From Squalus acanthias (Eukaryota): DNA of 64,000 bases. The translations under genes and the position numbers were made by a program. The DNA is taken from positions 141,176,001 to 141,240,000 of the forward strand of contig CM059431.1 of NCBI GenBank assembly GCA_030390025.1. The letters are read 5' to 3'. Shown here piece by piece: positions 36,941 through 48,800 of this stretch. The notes under the pieces are model-generated. The model was not told the DNA's origin. It did no database searches and saw nothing but the letters and a program-made list of their open reading frames with translations. Position 1 is the first letter of the stretch. Each line of letters begins with the position of its first letter.

Positions 36941-39039
36941 GAGACCCCAGGCAGGGAGCACAGATTTCCACAATTACCCCTTAGTCATTCTTCCTCCCGT
37001 CCTCAAAATGTGATGTCCCACTATTTAATTGTGTAATCGACCCCAAGTTCGCCTCTTGCTTTAAACATCCCAAACTCTCACTTCTATCTATATCAGTCAG
37101 CGTGTATTCCTTCTGTGTTGGCATTGAGAGACGGTTTGAGGTAATGATGTTAGTTTGAGGCCCGATATTACAACCTGTTCTGTGTTCTGAAACCAGTCTA
37201 TTCCCTGTAACAGAAAATGAAGCCAGAGGCAATATGTAGGGAGTATGAGGGTTAGCAAGTGTTTGAACCAACGTGGTATAATTGGACGGGCATCATGAGA
37301 AATATTTTTAAAGCTCCCTCAAAACTGTCCCCTCAAACATTTCAAATCAGGTGCAGCACTCCCAAGTGAGGAATGGGCAAGGTTTGCATATGAGCGAATC
37401 CCCAGTCAACTTGCCGAATCAAAGGTCGAGCCTTATGGCAGACGTTGAACAGCTACCAATAGCTGGTTAGACTCCCACCTCAGCAAAATCCTGCACTGCT
37501 GGATTTTCAGTAAAATTCCTCAACATTCCAATCAGTGTTGAGAGTTCCTGTTGTAAGCCGTGTTCGACACTGGGTATTGTTGGTCCCACCAGATCCGTTC
37601 TGCGAACCCAACGACCTTTCTTCAGTCCCATATAAAGTGGTGATGATTCGACTTCTCCCTCTCTCTCTCTCTCTCTCTATCTCTCCACCGTCCTGAGACA
37701 CTGCTCACTCCAGGAACATTTTAACACAAACATAGTTCACGTTAAGCTGTAATTGGAGAGGCTGTCCCGAGCAAACATATCTGCAGGAGATGTCTCCATC
37801 TCGAATCTCTCCGGCATTGAGCTTGAGTGCGAGTTGGAGACACTCCGACACATAAAGGATGGAGAGGAATTTCTGGACGGTTTTATCCAGAATATGATCA
37901 CACCCCAGATGAAAGCACGGTTTCAGGAAGGGGAGGGTGTGACTGTTAGGGAGCCGGGTAGAGGGGATTTACAAGAGGTTGAGAAGGAGGTCCCGCAGAC
38001 ACTGGTCCTGTCCAACATTAACCATGTACTCGCTACCTGTAAGGACAAGGAGAAAGACTGCAGGGAGGACAGCCACAATGCAGACCAAGGCACCGTGGCT
38101 CAGAAGGCTGTCCCGCGGGGGGCGGGGGGGGGAGCAGAATAGAAATGTGGTAGTGATAGGGGCCTCTATAATTAGGTCCATCTTGGAACAAACGACATAG
38201 GTAGGAACAGGTGGGAGGTCCTGCTGAAAGTGTAGCAGGAGTTAGCCTCTAACTTAAAAAGCAGGACCTCGAGGGTAATAATCTCTGGGTTATTGCTCCA
38301 GCCACATGCAAATTGGCATAGAGTCAGACAGATCAGGAGAATTTCCACGTGGCTTAATGGCTGGTGTGGGAAAGAGGGGTTCATTTTTGCGGGACATGGG
38401 CACCAGCTCTGAGACAGGAAGGAGCTGCACCGAGGGGAGGGGCTCCATCTGAACCGGGATGGGACCCGTGTCCTCGAGGAAAGGGTGAATAGGGAGGTGG
38501 CAAAGGCTCTAAACTGGTAAGAAGGGAGCGGGATCTACAAGAAACGTAATCAGCCTAAATATAAACAAAACAGGAAAAGTGAGGACAGGAAAGAATAATG
38601 TAAAGAAGGACATTGACGGCAAGGGAGCAAATGGAATTATACAACAGGATTCCAAAAATATGGTTAAACATAAAGTCAGAGGAAATCCTATTAAAAATGA
38701 GTTAAACTCTCTGTACAGCAATGCACACAGTGTCCGAAATAAAACAGGGGAGCTGGAGGCAATCATACGTTGCGAGCAACCAGACATAATCGCGATTACT
38801 GAGAAATCAGGACTGAGAATTAATCATTGCAGGGTATAACATATCTAGAAAAGATAGACAGGGAAAAGGAGGAGGTGGATTGCTGTACTTATTAAGGATA
38901 ACAGAATGGCAGTAGAAAAAAAGGGACTTAGATATCAACAAGACAAAAATAGAATCCATATGGATATGATAAAAGACAATAAAGGATCAATCACACTAAT
39001 AGGCGTAGTCTACAGGCCACTTAATTGTGGAAGGGAGGA

Positions 39040-40640
39040 TTTTTTTTGTTTATGGGATGTGGGCGTCGCTGGTAAGGCCAGCATTTATTGCCCACCCCTA
39101 ATTGACTTGAAAGGTGGTGGTGAGCCGCCTTCTTGAACCGCTGCAGTCCGTGTTGTGAAGGTACTCCCACAGTGCTGTTAGGTATGGATTTCCAGCATTT
39201 TGACCCAGCGACGATGAAGGATCGGCGATATACTTCCAAGTCAGGATGGTGTGTGACTTGGAGGGAAACTTGGAGGTGGTGGTCTTCCCATGGGACTGCT
39301 GCCCTTGTCCTTCTAGGTGGAAGAGGTCGCGGGTTTGGGAGTTGCTGCTGAAGAAACCTTGGCGAGTTGCTGAAGTGCATCTTGTAGGTGGTGCACACTG
39401 CAGCCTCGGTACGCTGGTGGTGGAGGGAGTGAATGTTTAAGTTGGTGGTTGACATGCCAATCAAACGGGCTGATTTGTCCTGGATGGTGTCGAGCTTCTT
39501 GAGATTTGTTGGAGCTGCACTCATCCAGGCGAGTGTAGAGTATTCAATCACACTTCTTACATGTGCCTTGTAGTTTGTGAAAAGTTTTTAGGGAGTAAGG
39601 AGGTGAGACACACGCCGCCAAATACCTAGCCTCTGACCTGCTTTTGTTGCCACAGTATCGATGTGGCTGGTCCAGTTAAGTTTCTGGTCAATGGTGACCC
39701 CCCAGGATGTTGATGGTGGGGGATTCGGCAATGGTAATGCCGTTGAATGAATGGGGGGTGGTTAGACTCTCGCTTGTTGGAGATAGTCATTGCCTGGCAC
39801 TTCCGTGGCGCGAATGTTACATGCCACTGATCTGCCCAAGCCTGATCGTCGTCCAGGTCTTTTTGCATGCGGGCATGGATTGCTTCATTATCTGAAGACT
39901 TGTGAATGGCGCTGAACACTGTGCAGTCATCAGTGAACATCCCCATTTCTGACCTTAAGTTGGAGGGAAGATCATTGATGAAGCAGCTGAAGATGGTTGT
40001 GCCTAGGACACTGCCCTGAGGAACTCCTGCAGCGATGTCCTGGTGCTGTGATGATTGACCTTCAACCACCACAACCATCTTCCTTTGTGCTAGGGATGAC
40101 TCCAACCAGTGGAGCGTTTCCCCCCCGATTCCCATTGATTTAAGTTTTACTAGAGCTCCTTGATCACACTCGGTCAAATGCTGCATGGATGTCAAGGGCA
40201 GTCACTCTCACCTCACCTCTGGAATTCAGCTCCTTTCTCCATGTTTGGACCAATGCTGTAATGAGGTCGGGAGCCGAGTGGACTTGACGGAACCCAAACT
40301 GGGCATCAGTGAGCAGGTTATTGGTGATTAAGTGCCTCTTGATAGCTGATGATTGAGAGTAGACTGATGGGGCGATAAGTGGCTGGGTTGGATTTGTTCT
40401 GCTTTTTGTGGACAGGACATACCTGGGCAGTTTTCTACATTGTTGGATGGATGCCAGTGTTGAAGCTTTACTGGAACAGCTTGACTAGAGGCGCGGCTAG
40501 TTCTGGAGCACACGTATTCAGCAGGACAGCAGGGATGTTGTCGGGGCCCATAGCTTTTGCTGTATCCAGTGCGCTCAGCCGTGTCTTGATATCACATGGA
40601 ATGAATCGAATTGGCTGAAGACGGGCTTCTGTAATGGTAG
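39040..40640 (-). mobile_element. 5'-truncated LINE of a second CR1/L2-group family
   Basis: GVPQGSVLG..FSCFINDLP...FTDD and EYSTLAWMSAAPTNLKKLDTIQ; distinct from the dominant CR1. Confidence 0.85.
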
Positions 40641-41674
40641 GGGAAGTCTATTCAAAAATATTACGGAAATGAGAAAAAACATAGAATAATAATCATGGGG
40701 GAATTTGAACTAACCCGATATTAAATGGTTCAGAAGAGTTAGGTAAAGGGGATAAGGGAATTGAGTTCCTATAATGTCTACAGGACTCCTTTCTAACCCA
40801 ATATTTAAAAAAGGCACAAAAGGGAGGATTCGCTATTGGATCTAGATATGGGGAATGAGCCAGATCAGATAAGATGAGTAAAACTAGGGGAACATAAAGG
40901 CAATAGTGACCACAATGTAATACGCTTTAAGATGACCATAGAGAAGGACATAAGAATGACAAAAAAGAAGTTAATAGATTGGGTGAAAAGCTGATTTCGA
41001 GGGGCTGAAAATAGAACTGGCAAAGATAAAATTGTCAACAATATTGCCAAACAACGATGTAGAAAGACAACGGGAAGCATTTAAAGCAGTGTTCAACAGA
41101 TTGCAGGAAAAATATATTCTGCAGAAAGGAAAGAGCAAGCTAAACACTAACGAGAATTAATGGATGAATAAAGATACAAGGAGATAATTAAGGCTAAGGA
41201 AAGAGGCATACATTAAATACATAGATAGCATGGGAATGCATGGTGAGAGAGAATGCGAAGGGATTAGAAGAAAAGTCAAAAAACAATTAGGAAGGCAAAG
41301 AGGAACTATGAAATTCAATTATCAAGGAACAATAAACAAAATAGTAACATATTTTACAGCAACATCAATTAAAAAGGAAGGTTAGGATGGGAATAGAGTA
41401 ATTAAAGGATGGACAGGACAGTGCCACAGGTAACGATAGGGAGATGGCAGAAATATTAACTCATTATTTTGCATAAATATTTACCAGGGAGATAGAACAG
41501 GTGGACATTACATTGGATGATGAAATAATTAATCAGATAAGTGCATTTAAAAAAAAAGGAGATATATTAAATAAACTAATCAAACTCAAAGCCCCCTGTT
41601 CCGAATGGATTGCATCCACGCCTTTTAAAATAATCTAGCGAAGAGATAGCAGAGGCATGATTACGCATATTTTA

Positions 41675-42398
41675 CGGCCCTGAAATTCGCCTCTCCAGCT
41701 TGCCACGGGGTTAAGGATCGCGTGCGCACTTACCTACCGCGCTTGCCATTGTGTTTTGGGCCCACGGGAACTTCAGCTCCTGGGCCTGCTCCAAGTGCAG
41801 GCGCGCAGTGCTTGCGTATCCCAGGGGGGCAGTTAGTGCGATGCGTCCCCTGGGATCACGTGGGCAATGGAGAGCCAATGGCAGAAGACCATCTTTCATT
41901 CATAGATTTGACAGGAAGACCTGTCAAATCTGTGAATTGAAATCGGCCCCAAAAGAACAGCTAAGCTTAAAATAAATTTAAAAAACCATCACATTTATAA
42001 AATAACTATGGTTAAATAAATTAATCACTTTAAACAAAAATTTAACTTTTTAACAGTTCTAAAATTAAACTTACATTTCTTTAAAGTATCTAAAAAGATA
42101 AACTTGTTGAAATTTTTTTTAAATTATACTTAATTAACCACTTACCTTGTTGAAAACCGCTCCTGCACCTCCTTTTCAAATGTGCAGGTTCTTCAATTCT
42201 TACCCTCCCGTGGAAAGCTGAAAAAAGACCTAAGTTTGCTGTGTGCGCGCATCCTCTACCACGCACGCGGTTCACCTCGGAACCGCCCACTTCACCAGAC
42301 CGGAAGTTCCAGTTTCCCGCGGATGCGCAGTGCATGCAGAAAACCGGCGTTTCGGGACGCACTGTGTACTCACCCGGGCAGGGCCGAATTTTTGGCCC
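41675..42398. mobile_element. MITE-like element, same family as 35494-36095, opposite orientation
   Basis: Ends ggccctgaaattcg and gccgaatttttggccc; AT-rich core; interrupts CR1 ORF2. Confidence 0.72.
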
Positions 42399-43904
42399 AA
42401 TAATTCGTTAGAAAAAGGTGCAGTGCCAAAAGACTGGTGGATAGCTGACGTAATACCGATATTTAAGAAGGGGGATAGAACATTTCCAGGGAATTATAGA
42501 CCATTCAGCTTAACATCGGTAGTAGGAAAAATAATGGAATCCCTACTAAAGAAGACAATAGGAGAACATCTAGAAACAAAATGTATAATAATGAATAGTC
42601 AGAATGGATTTCAACAGGAAATATCTTGCTTTACCAATTTTATTGAATTTTTTGAAGAGGTAACAAAGAGAGTATATAATGGTAATGCAGTAGATATAAT
42701 TTATCCTAATTTTCAAAAGGCCTTCGATAAGGTGCCCAAAAACAGACTGATGAACAAGGTCAGAGAAAGCGGATTCAGGGGACAAGTAGCAGAATGGATT
42801 GCTGGCTGGCTTCAGGACAGAAAGCAGAAAGTGGGAGTAAAGGGTAGCTATTCACAGTGGCAGAAGGTGGGTACTGGTGTTCCACTAGGATTAGTGCTGG
42901 ACCAGCTGTTCACAATTTACATTAATGGTTTAGACTTTGGAATCAAAAACACAATTTCTAACTTTTGCGGACGATAACAAAATGGGGCGATAGTCAATTC
43001 TGAGGGGGACTGCAACAAATTACAGGAGGACATCAATAAACTTGCAGAATGGGCAAATAATTGGCAAATTAAGTTCAACACAGACAGATTTGAGGTATTT
43101 CATTCAGGTAGGAAGAATAGGGAGGTCACTTATCACTTGGAGGGTGTGAGTCTAGGTGGGGTAGAGGAACAAAGTGATCTCGGAGTACAAATGCACAAAT
43201 CAGTAAAGGTTGCGCCATTGGTTAGCAGGGCGATTGAAATGCAGACCAAGCACTCGGGTTTATTTCTATAGGGATAGAATTGAAAAGTAGGGAAGTTATG
43301 CTAAACCTGTATCGAACCTTCGTTAGACCACACTTAGAGTACTGCGTACAGTTCTGGGTCCCATATTATAAAAAAGGATATAGAGACAATGGAGAGGGTG
43401 CAGAGAAGATTTACAAGGACGATACCAGAAATGTGAGGTTATACATGTCAGGGAAGGATGAACAGTCTGGGTCTCTTTTCTCTTGAAAAAAGAAGGCTGA
43501 GGGATTACCTAATAGAGGTCTATAAAATAATGAAAACTTCTGATAGATTGGATACAGAGAGAATGTTTCCACTTGTGGGGAAGAGCATTACTAGAGGTCA
43601 TCAATATTAGATAGTCACCAAGAAATCCATTAGGGAATTCAGAGGAAACTTATTTAACCAATGAGTGGTGAGAATGTGGAGCTCGATACCACAGGGAGTG
43701 GTTGAAGCGAATAGTATCGATGCATTTAAGGGGAGGCTGGTCAAACATATGAGGGAGAAGGGAATATAGGGTTATACTGATAGATTTATATAAGGAAAGA
43801 CGGGAGAAGGCTCGAGTGGAGCAAAAATACCGGCATGGACTGGTTGCGCCAAATGGCCTGCTTCTGTGTCGTATATCACATCCTATTATGTGTAATATAA
43901 TGGG

Positions 43905-44265
43905 ACAAATTTTGTGACTTTCCTTATATTTAATGTGCATATATTTACCATTCATGAAATGGCTGAATTACTTAATTTAATTGTAAATTGCTCTTTTCTT
44001 TCTAGCCACTCTGTATAGTGATTAAACTCACTCACATTGTCTGCGGCCTACTCCAGCTCTGGTTTCAATAATATTCCACTGATGGGGCATAACTAGGGGC
44101 GGAAATCTGTCTCCAGGTGACATCACTAAGGAGCCAGGAGCCAATCACACAGCAGCCGGAACTAAGTCACGAATAAGCTGGAGTCCCACCCACACGATGT
44201 ATTATAGGGTCACATGGCACGACTCTGCGCCTGATGTGCAGTCGCACTGGGCACGAACGCAGTAA
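43905..44265. promoter_or_regulatory. Promoter-like cassette, copy C
   Basis: aactcactcaca, GGGGCGGAAA, TGACATCA, AGCCAATCA and GTCACATG occur in the same order as in copies A and B. Confidence 0.42.
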
Positions 44266-44404
44266 AGACAATCGGTCCAGTCTCTGACCCCGCTCCCATG
44301 TACAGAGACATCAGACAGGGAGCATAGACTCACCAAATTAACCTTTGCATATTCTGCCTCCCATTCTTCAAATGTGTGGTCACACTTTTCAATGGCCCCA
44401 TGCA

Positions 44405-44905
44405 AAAGGACTGGTTGGGCCGAATGCTCTGTGTCTGTGCTCTGTGTCTGATCCTGGAGTGCAGCACAAACCCGGGTATGGACTGGTTGGACCGAATGCT
44501 CTGTGTCTGTGCTCTGTGTGATCCTGGAGTGCAGCATAAACGCGGGCATACAGAGCAGGAAAGGCTTATGTTCCTCCGCTGACGAGTGCACCCCCCCCCC
44601 CCCCCACACACACACACACACGCACACACACACACACAGCAGGAAAGGCCCAGGCTCCATCCCCGGATAGTGCCACACCACCTCCCACACACACACACAA
44701 AGCAGGAAAGGCTCAGACTCTATCCCCGGACTACTGCCCCCAAACACACACAGACACAGAGCAGGATAGGCCCAGACGCCTTTCCCAGACTCCATTCCCA
44801 GACTAGAGCCCCTCCCCGCCCCCACCACACACACACCAGATCAGAAAAGGCACAGGCTCCATTCCCTGAGAAAAGCCCCCACCCATACACACGCACAGAG
44901 CAGGA
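44405..44905. repeat. Two-copy CR1-3'UTR-like duplication followed by a degenerate (CA)n-containing tandem repeat of about 60 bp
   Basis: ggactggttgg.ccgaatgctctgtgtctgtgctctgtgt occurs twice; cacacagagcaggaaaggc recurs. Confidence 0.7.
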
Positions 44906-45482
44906 GTTTACAGTGATAGGGAGGGTTATAGAGCTGGAGGAGGTTACAGAGTACGGGAGGGTTGTAAGCGTTGGAGGAGGTTTCAGAGATAGTGAGTGTT
45001 TTGGGGCTGGAGGTGGTTAGAGAGTAAGGGAGGGCTGCAGGGCTGGAGGTTTTTATTGAGATAGGGAGGGTTGTAGGGCTGGAAGAAGTTACAGAGATAT
45101 GGAGGATTATTGGGCTGGAGGAGTTACAGAGATAGAGAGGGTTGTAGGGCTGGAAGAGGTTACAGAGATAGGGAGGGTTGCATGTATGGAGGAGGTTACA
45201 GAGATAGGGAGGTTTGTAGGGCTCGAGGAGGATACAGAGATAGGGAAGGTTGTAGTGCGGGAGGAGGTTAAAGAGATAGAGAGGATTGTAGGGGCTGGAG
45301 GAGGTGACAGTAATATAGACGGTTGACTGGCTGGAGGAGGTTACAGAGATAAGGAGGTTGTAGGACTGGAGGAGGCTACAGAGATATGCAGGGCTGGAAG
45401 AGGTTACAGAGATAAGGAGGGTTGTAGGGGCTGGAGCAGGTTACTGAGCTGCGGTTGGTTGTGCTGCCTGAGGTGGTTACAG
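44905..45482. repeat. 36-bp minisatellite (GGGAGGGTTGTAGGGCTGGAGGAGGTTACAGAGATA)
   Basis: About 16 units; 12-aa periodic ORF 45099-45326. Confidence 0.9.
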
Positions 45483-45499
45483 CCCAAGCCTGAACGTCG

Positions 45500-45893
45500 T
45501 CCCTCCACCACCAGCGTACGGTGGATGCAGTGTGTACCATCTACAAGATGCACTGCAGCAACTCACCAAGGATTCTCCGGCAGCACCTCCCAAACCCGCG
45601 ACCTCTTCCACCTAGAAGGATAAGGGCCGCAGGCGCATGGGAACACCACCACCTCCAAGTTCCCCTCCAAGTCACACAACATCCTGACTTAGAAATATAT
45701 CACCGATCCTTCATCATCGCTGGGTCAAAATCCAGGAACTCCCTCCCTAACCGCGCTGTGGGAGTACATTCACCACACGGACTGCAGCGGTTCAAGAAGG
45801 CGGCTCACCACCACCTTCTCGAGGGCAATTAGGGATGAGCAATAAATTCTGTCCTTGACAGGGACGCCCACATACCATGAACGAATAAAAAAA
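45500..45893 (+). mobile_element. 3' fragment of the same LINE family as 39040-40640
   Basis: AVCTIYKMHCSNSPR...FKKAAHHHLL; ends gaataaaaaaa. Confidence 0.85.
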
Positions 45894-48800
45894 TGGCTGG
45901 AGGGAAGCCTCAGACAGCCTCAGTGTCCCAGGTTGTGGAGGAGCAACGCTAGCCAGGGTACTGCTCCAGATCACAACCCAGTGTAGGTGTGTGGGGCACA
46001 GAAGAGGTCAGGAACCGGGGGGGGGGGGGGTTGATGTAATGATCCATCATTGCAGGACCTATTGGCCTTGTTGGGGTCAGCACAGAAACACCAGAATGAT
46101 ACCGTGGCTAAAAGGGTTAAATTAGGAGGGCTGGTTGCACAGACTAGGCTTGTATTCCCTCGACTCACAGTAAGTAGGTTGTGGGTTCCCCACCCACTCC
46201 TGACACTTGAGCACAAAATCTAGGCTGAATCTCCCAGTGCAGTACTGAGGGAGTGATGCACGGTCGGTAGGGCAGTACTGAGGGAGTGATGCACTGTTAG
46301 AGGGGAAGTACTGAGGGAGCGCTGCACTGTCGGAGAGGCAGCACTGAGGGAGTGATGCACGGTCGGTGGGGCAGTACTGAGGGAGCGCCACACTGTCGAG
46401 GGGCAGTATAGAGGGAGTGCCGCACTAACAGAGCGACAGTACTGAGGGAACGCTGCACTGTCGGAGGGGGAGTACTGAAGGAGCACCGCATTGTCAGAGG
46501 GGCAGTACTGACGGAACGCTGCTCTGTCATCGCGGCAGTAACGAGGGAGCGATGCATTGTTAGAGGGGCAGTACTGAGGGAGCGCCACACTGTCAGAGCG
46601 GCAGTACTGAGGGACTGCTGCACTGTCGGAGGGGCAGTACTGAGTGAGCGCCGCACGTTCAGAGGGACTATACTGTGGGAGCGCTGCACTGTCAGAGCGG
46701 CAGTACCGAGGGAGCACCGCACTGGCGGAGGGACATTACTGAGCGAGGTCTGCACTGTCGAAGGGACAGCACTGAGGGAGATCTGGACATACGGAATGGC
46801 AGTACTGAGGGAGCGCGGCATTGTCGGAGGTGCAGTACTGAGGAAGCGCTGCACTAATGAAAGAGATCTGCACTGCAGGAGGGACAGAACTGAGTGCGTG
46901 CTGCATTGTCGGAGGGTCAATACAGAGGGAGCGCTGCACTGCGTCAAAGGCAACACTGAGGGAGCGCTGCACTGACAGTGGGACAGAACTGAGGGAACGC
47001 TGCACTGTCAGAGGGGCAGTACTGAGGGAGCACTGCACTGACAGAGGGACAGAACTGAGGGAACGCTGCACTGTCAGAGGGGCAGTACTGAGGGAGCACT
47101 GCACTGAGAGAAGGGCAGTACTGAGGGAGTACTGAACTGAGAGAAGGGCAGTACTGAGGGAGCTCTGCACTGTCGGAGGGAAAGTACTGAGGGAGCACTG
47201 AACTGTCGGAGGGGTAGTACCGAGGGAGCGCTGCACTGTTGGAGGAGCAGTGCTGTGGGAATGCTGCACTGTCGGAGTGGGAGTACTGAGGGCTCGCTGC
47301 ACTGTCGAAGGGTCATATTTGAGGGAGCGCTGTCAGATGGAGGGGCAGTACAGAGGGAGCGCCGCACTGACAGAGGGTCAGTACTAAGGATCACTGCATT
47401 GTCGGAGCGGCAGTAACGAGGGATCGCTGCAATGTTAGAGGGGCAGTACTAAGGGAGCGATCCACTGTCGGGGGGGCAGTACTGAGGGAGCGCAGCACTC
47501 TCGGAGGGACAGTACTGAGGGAGCGCCGCACTGTCAGCGGGACAGTATTGAGTGTTTTCTTCACTGTCAGAGGGGCAGTACTGAGGGAGCGCAGCACTCT
47601 CGGAGGGACAGTACTGAGTTTTGTTCTGCACTGTCGGAGGAGCAGTACTGAGGGAGCGCTGCAATGTCGGAGGGGCAGTACTGAGGGATGTCTGCACTGT
47701 CGGGAGGGAGGTCAGTACTGAGGCAGCGGGGCATTGTCCGAGGCAGCAGTACTGAAGAAGTGCGGCATTGTCGGAGGGGCAGTACTGAGAGAGATCTCCA
47801 CTGCTTGAGGGACATATCTGAGGGAGCGCTGCATTGTCGGAGAGACAATACTGAGGGAGGTCTTACTCTCGGAAGGGCAGTGCTGAGGGACTGCTGCACT
47901 GGCCAAAGGACAATACTGAGGGAGCGATGCACTGTCGGAGGATCAATGCAGAGCGAGAGCTGCACTGAATCAAGTGCAGTAGTGAGGGAGCGCTGCACAG
48001 TCAGAGGGGCAGTACTGAGGGAGCGCTGCACTGTCGGAGGGACACTACTGAGGGAGCACATTACTTTCGGAGGGCCAGTTCTGAGGGTGCGCTGCACTGT
48101 CGGAGGCGCAGTACTGACGGAGCGTGCCATTGTCGGAGGTGCAACACTGAGGTATTGCAGCACTATCGGAGGGGCAGTTCTGCGGGAAAGCTGCATTTTC
48201 GGAGGAACAGTACTGAAGGAGCTCTGCACTCTCGGAAGGGCAGTGCTGAGGGACTGCTGCACTGTCCAAGGGACACTACTGAGGGAGCGCTGCACTGTCA
48301 GAGGATCATTATAGAACTAGCGCTGCACTGACTCAAGGGGAGTACTGATGGTGCGCTGCACTGTCAGAGGGGCAGAACTGAGGGAGCGATGCAATGATGG
48401 AAGGGCAGTACTGAGGGAGCGCTGCACCATCGGAAAGACAGTACAGAGGGAGTACTGCACTGACGGAAGGGCAGTACTGAGGGAGCGCTTCACTGTCGGA
48501 GAGGCAGTACTAAGGGAGCACTGCACTGTCGGAGGGGCAGTACTGAGGCAGCGCTGCACTGTCTGAGGGTCAGTACTGAGGGAGCGCTGCACTGTCGGAG
48601 GGACAGTACTGAGGGTGCGCTGCACTGTCGGAGGGGCAGTACTGGGGGAGCGCCCGCAATTTCGGAGGCCCGTACTGAGTGTGCGCTGCACTCTCGGAGG
48701 GGCAGTGCTGAGGGATTGCTGCACTGTCCAAGGGACACTACTGAGGGAGCGCTGCACTGTCAGAGGATCATTATAGAGCTAGCGCTGCACTGATGGAAGG

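Larger units (their letters stand above)
37745..43890 (+). mobile_element. Older near full-length CR1 (ORF1 remnant, ORF2, 3' UTR) with two nested insertions
   Basis: ELECELETLRHI (ORF1), YSNAHSVRNK, GNYRPFSLTSVVGK and [12 protein letters not shown]; 3' UTR at about 43800-43890. Confidence 0.88.

Noticed and set aside
44334..44405. Possible minus-strand exon (GAIEKCDHTFEEWEAEYAKVNL) ending in GTGAGT
   Set aside because: No convincing acceptor, partner exon or recognisable homolog; it is bordered by repeats.
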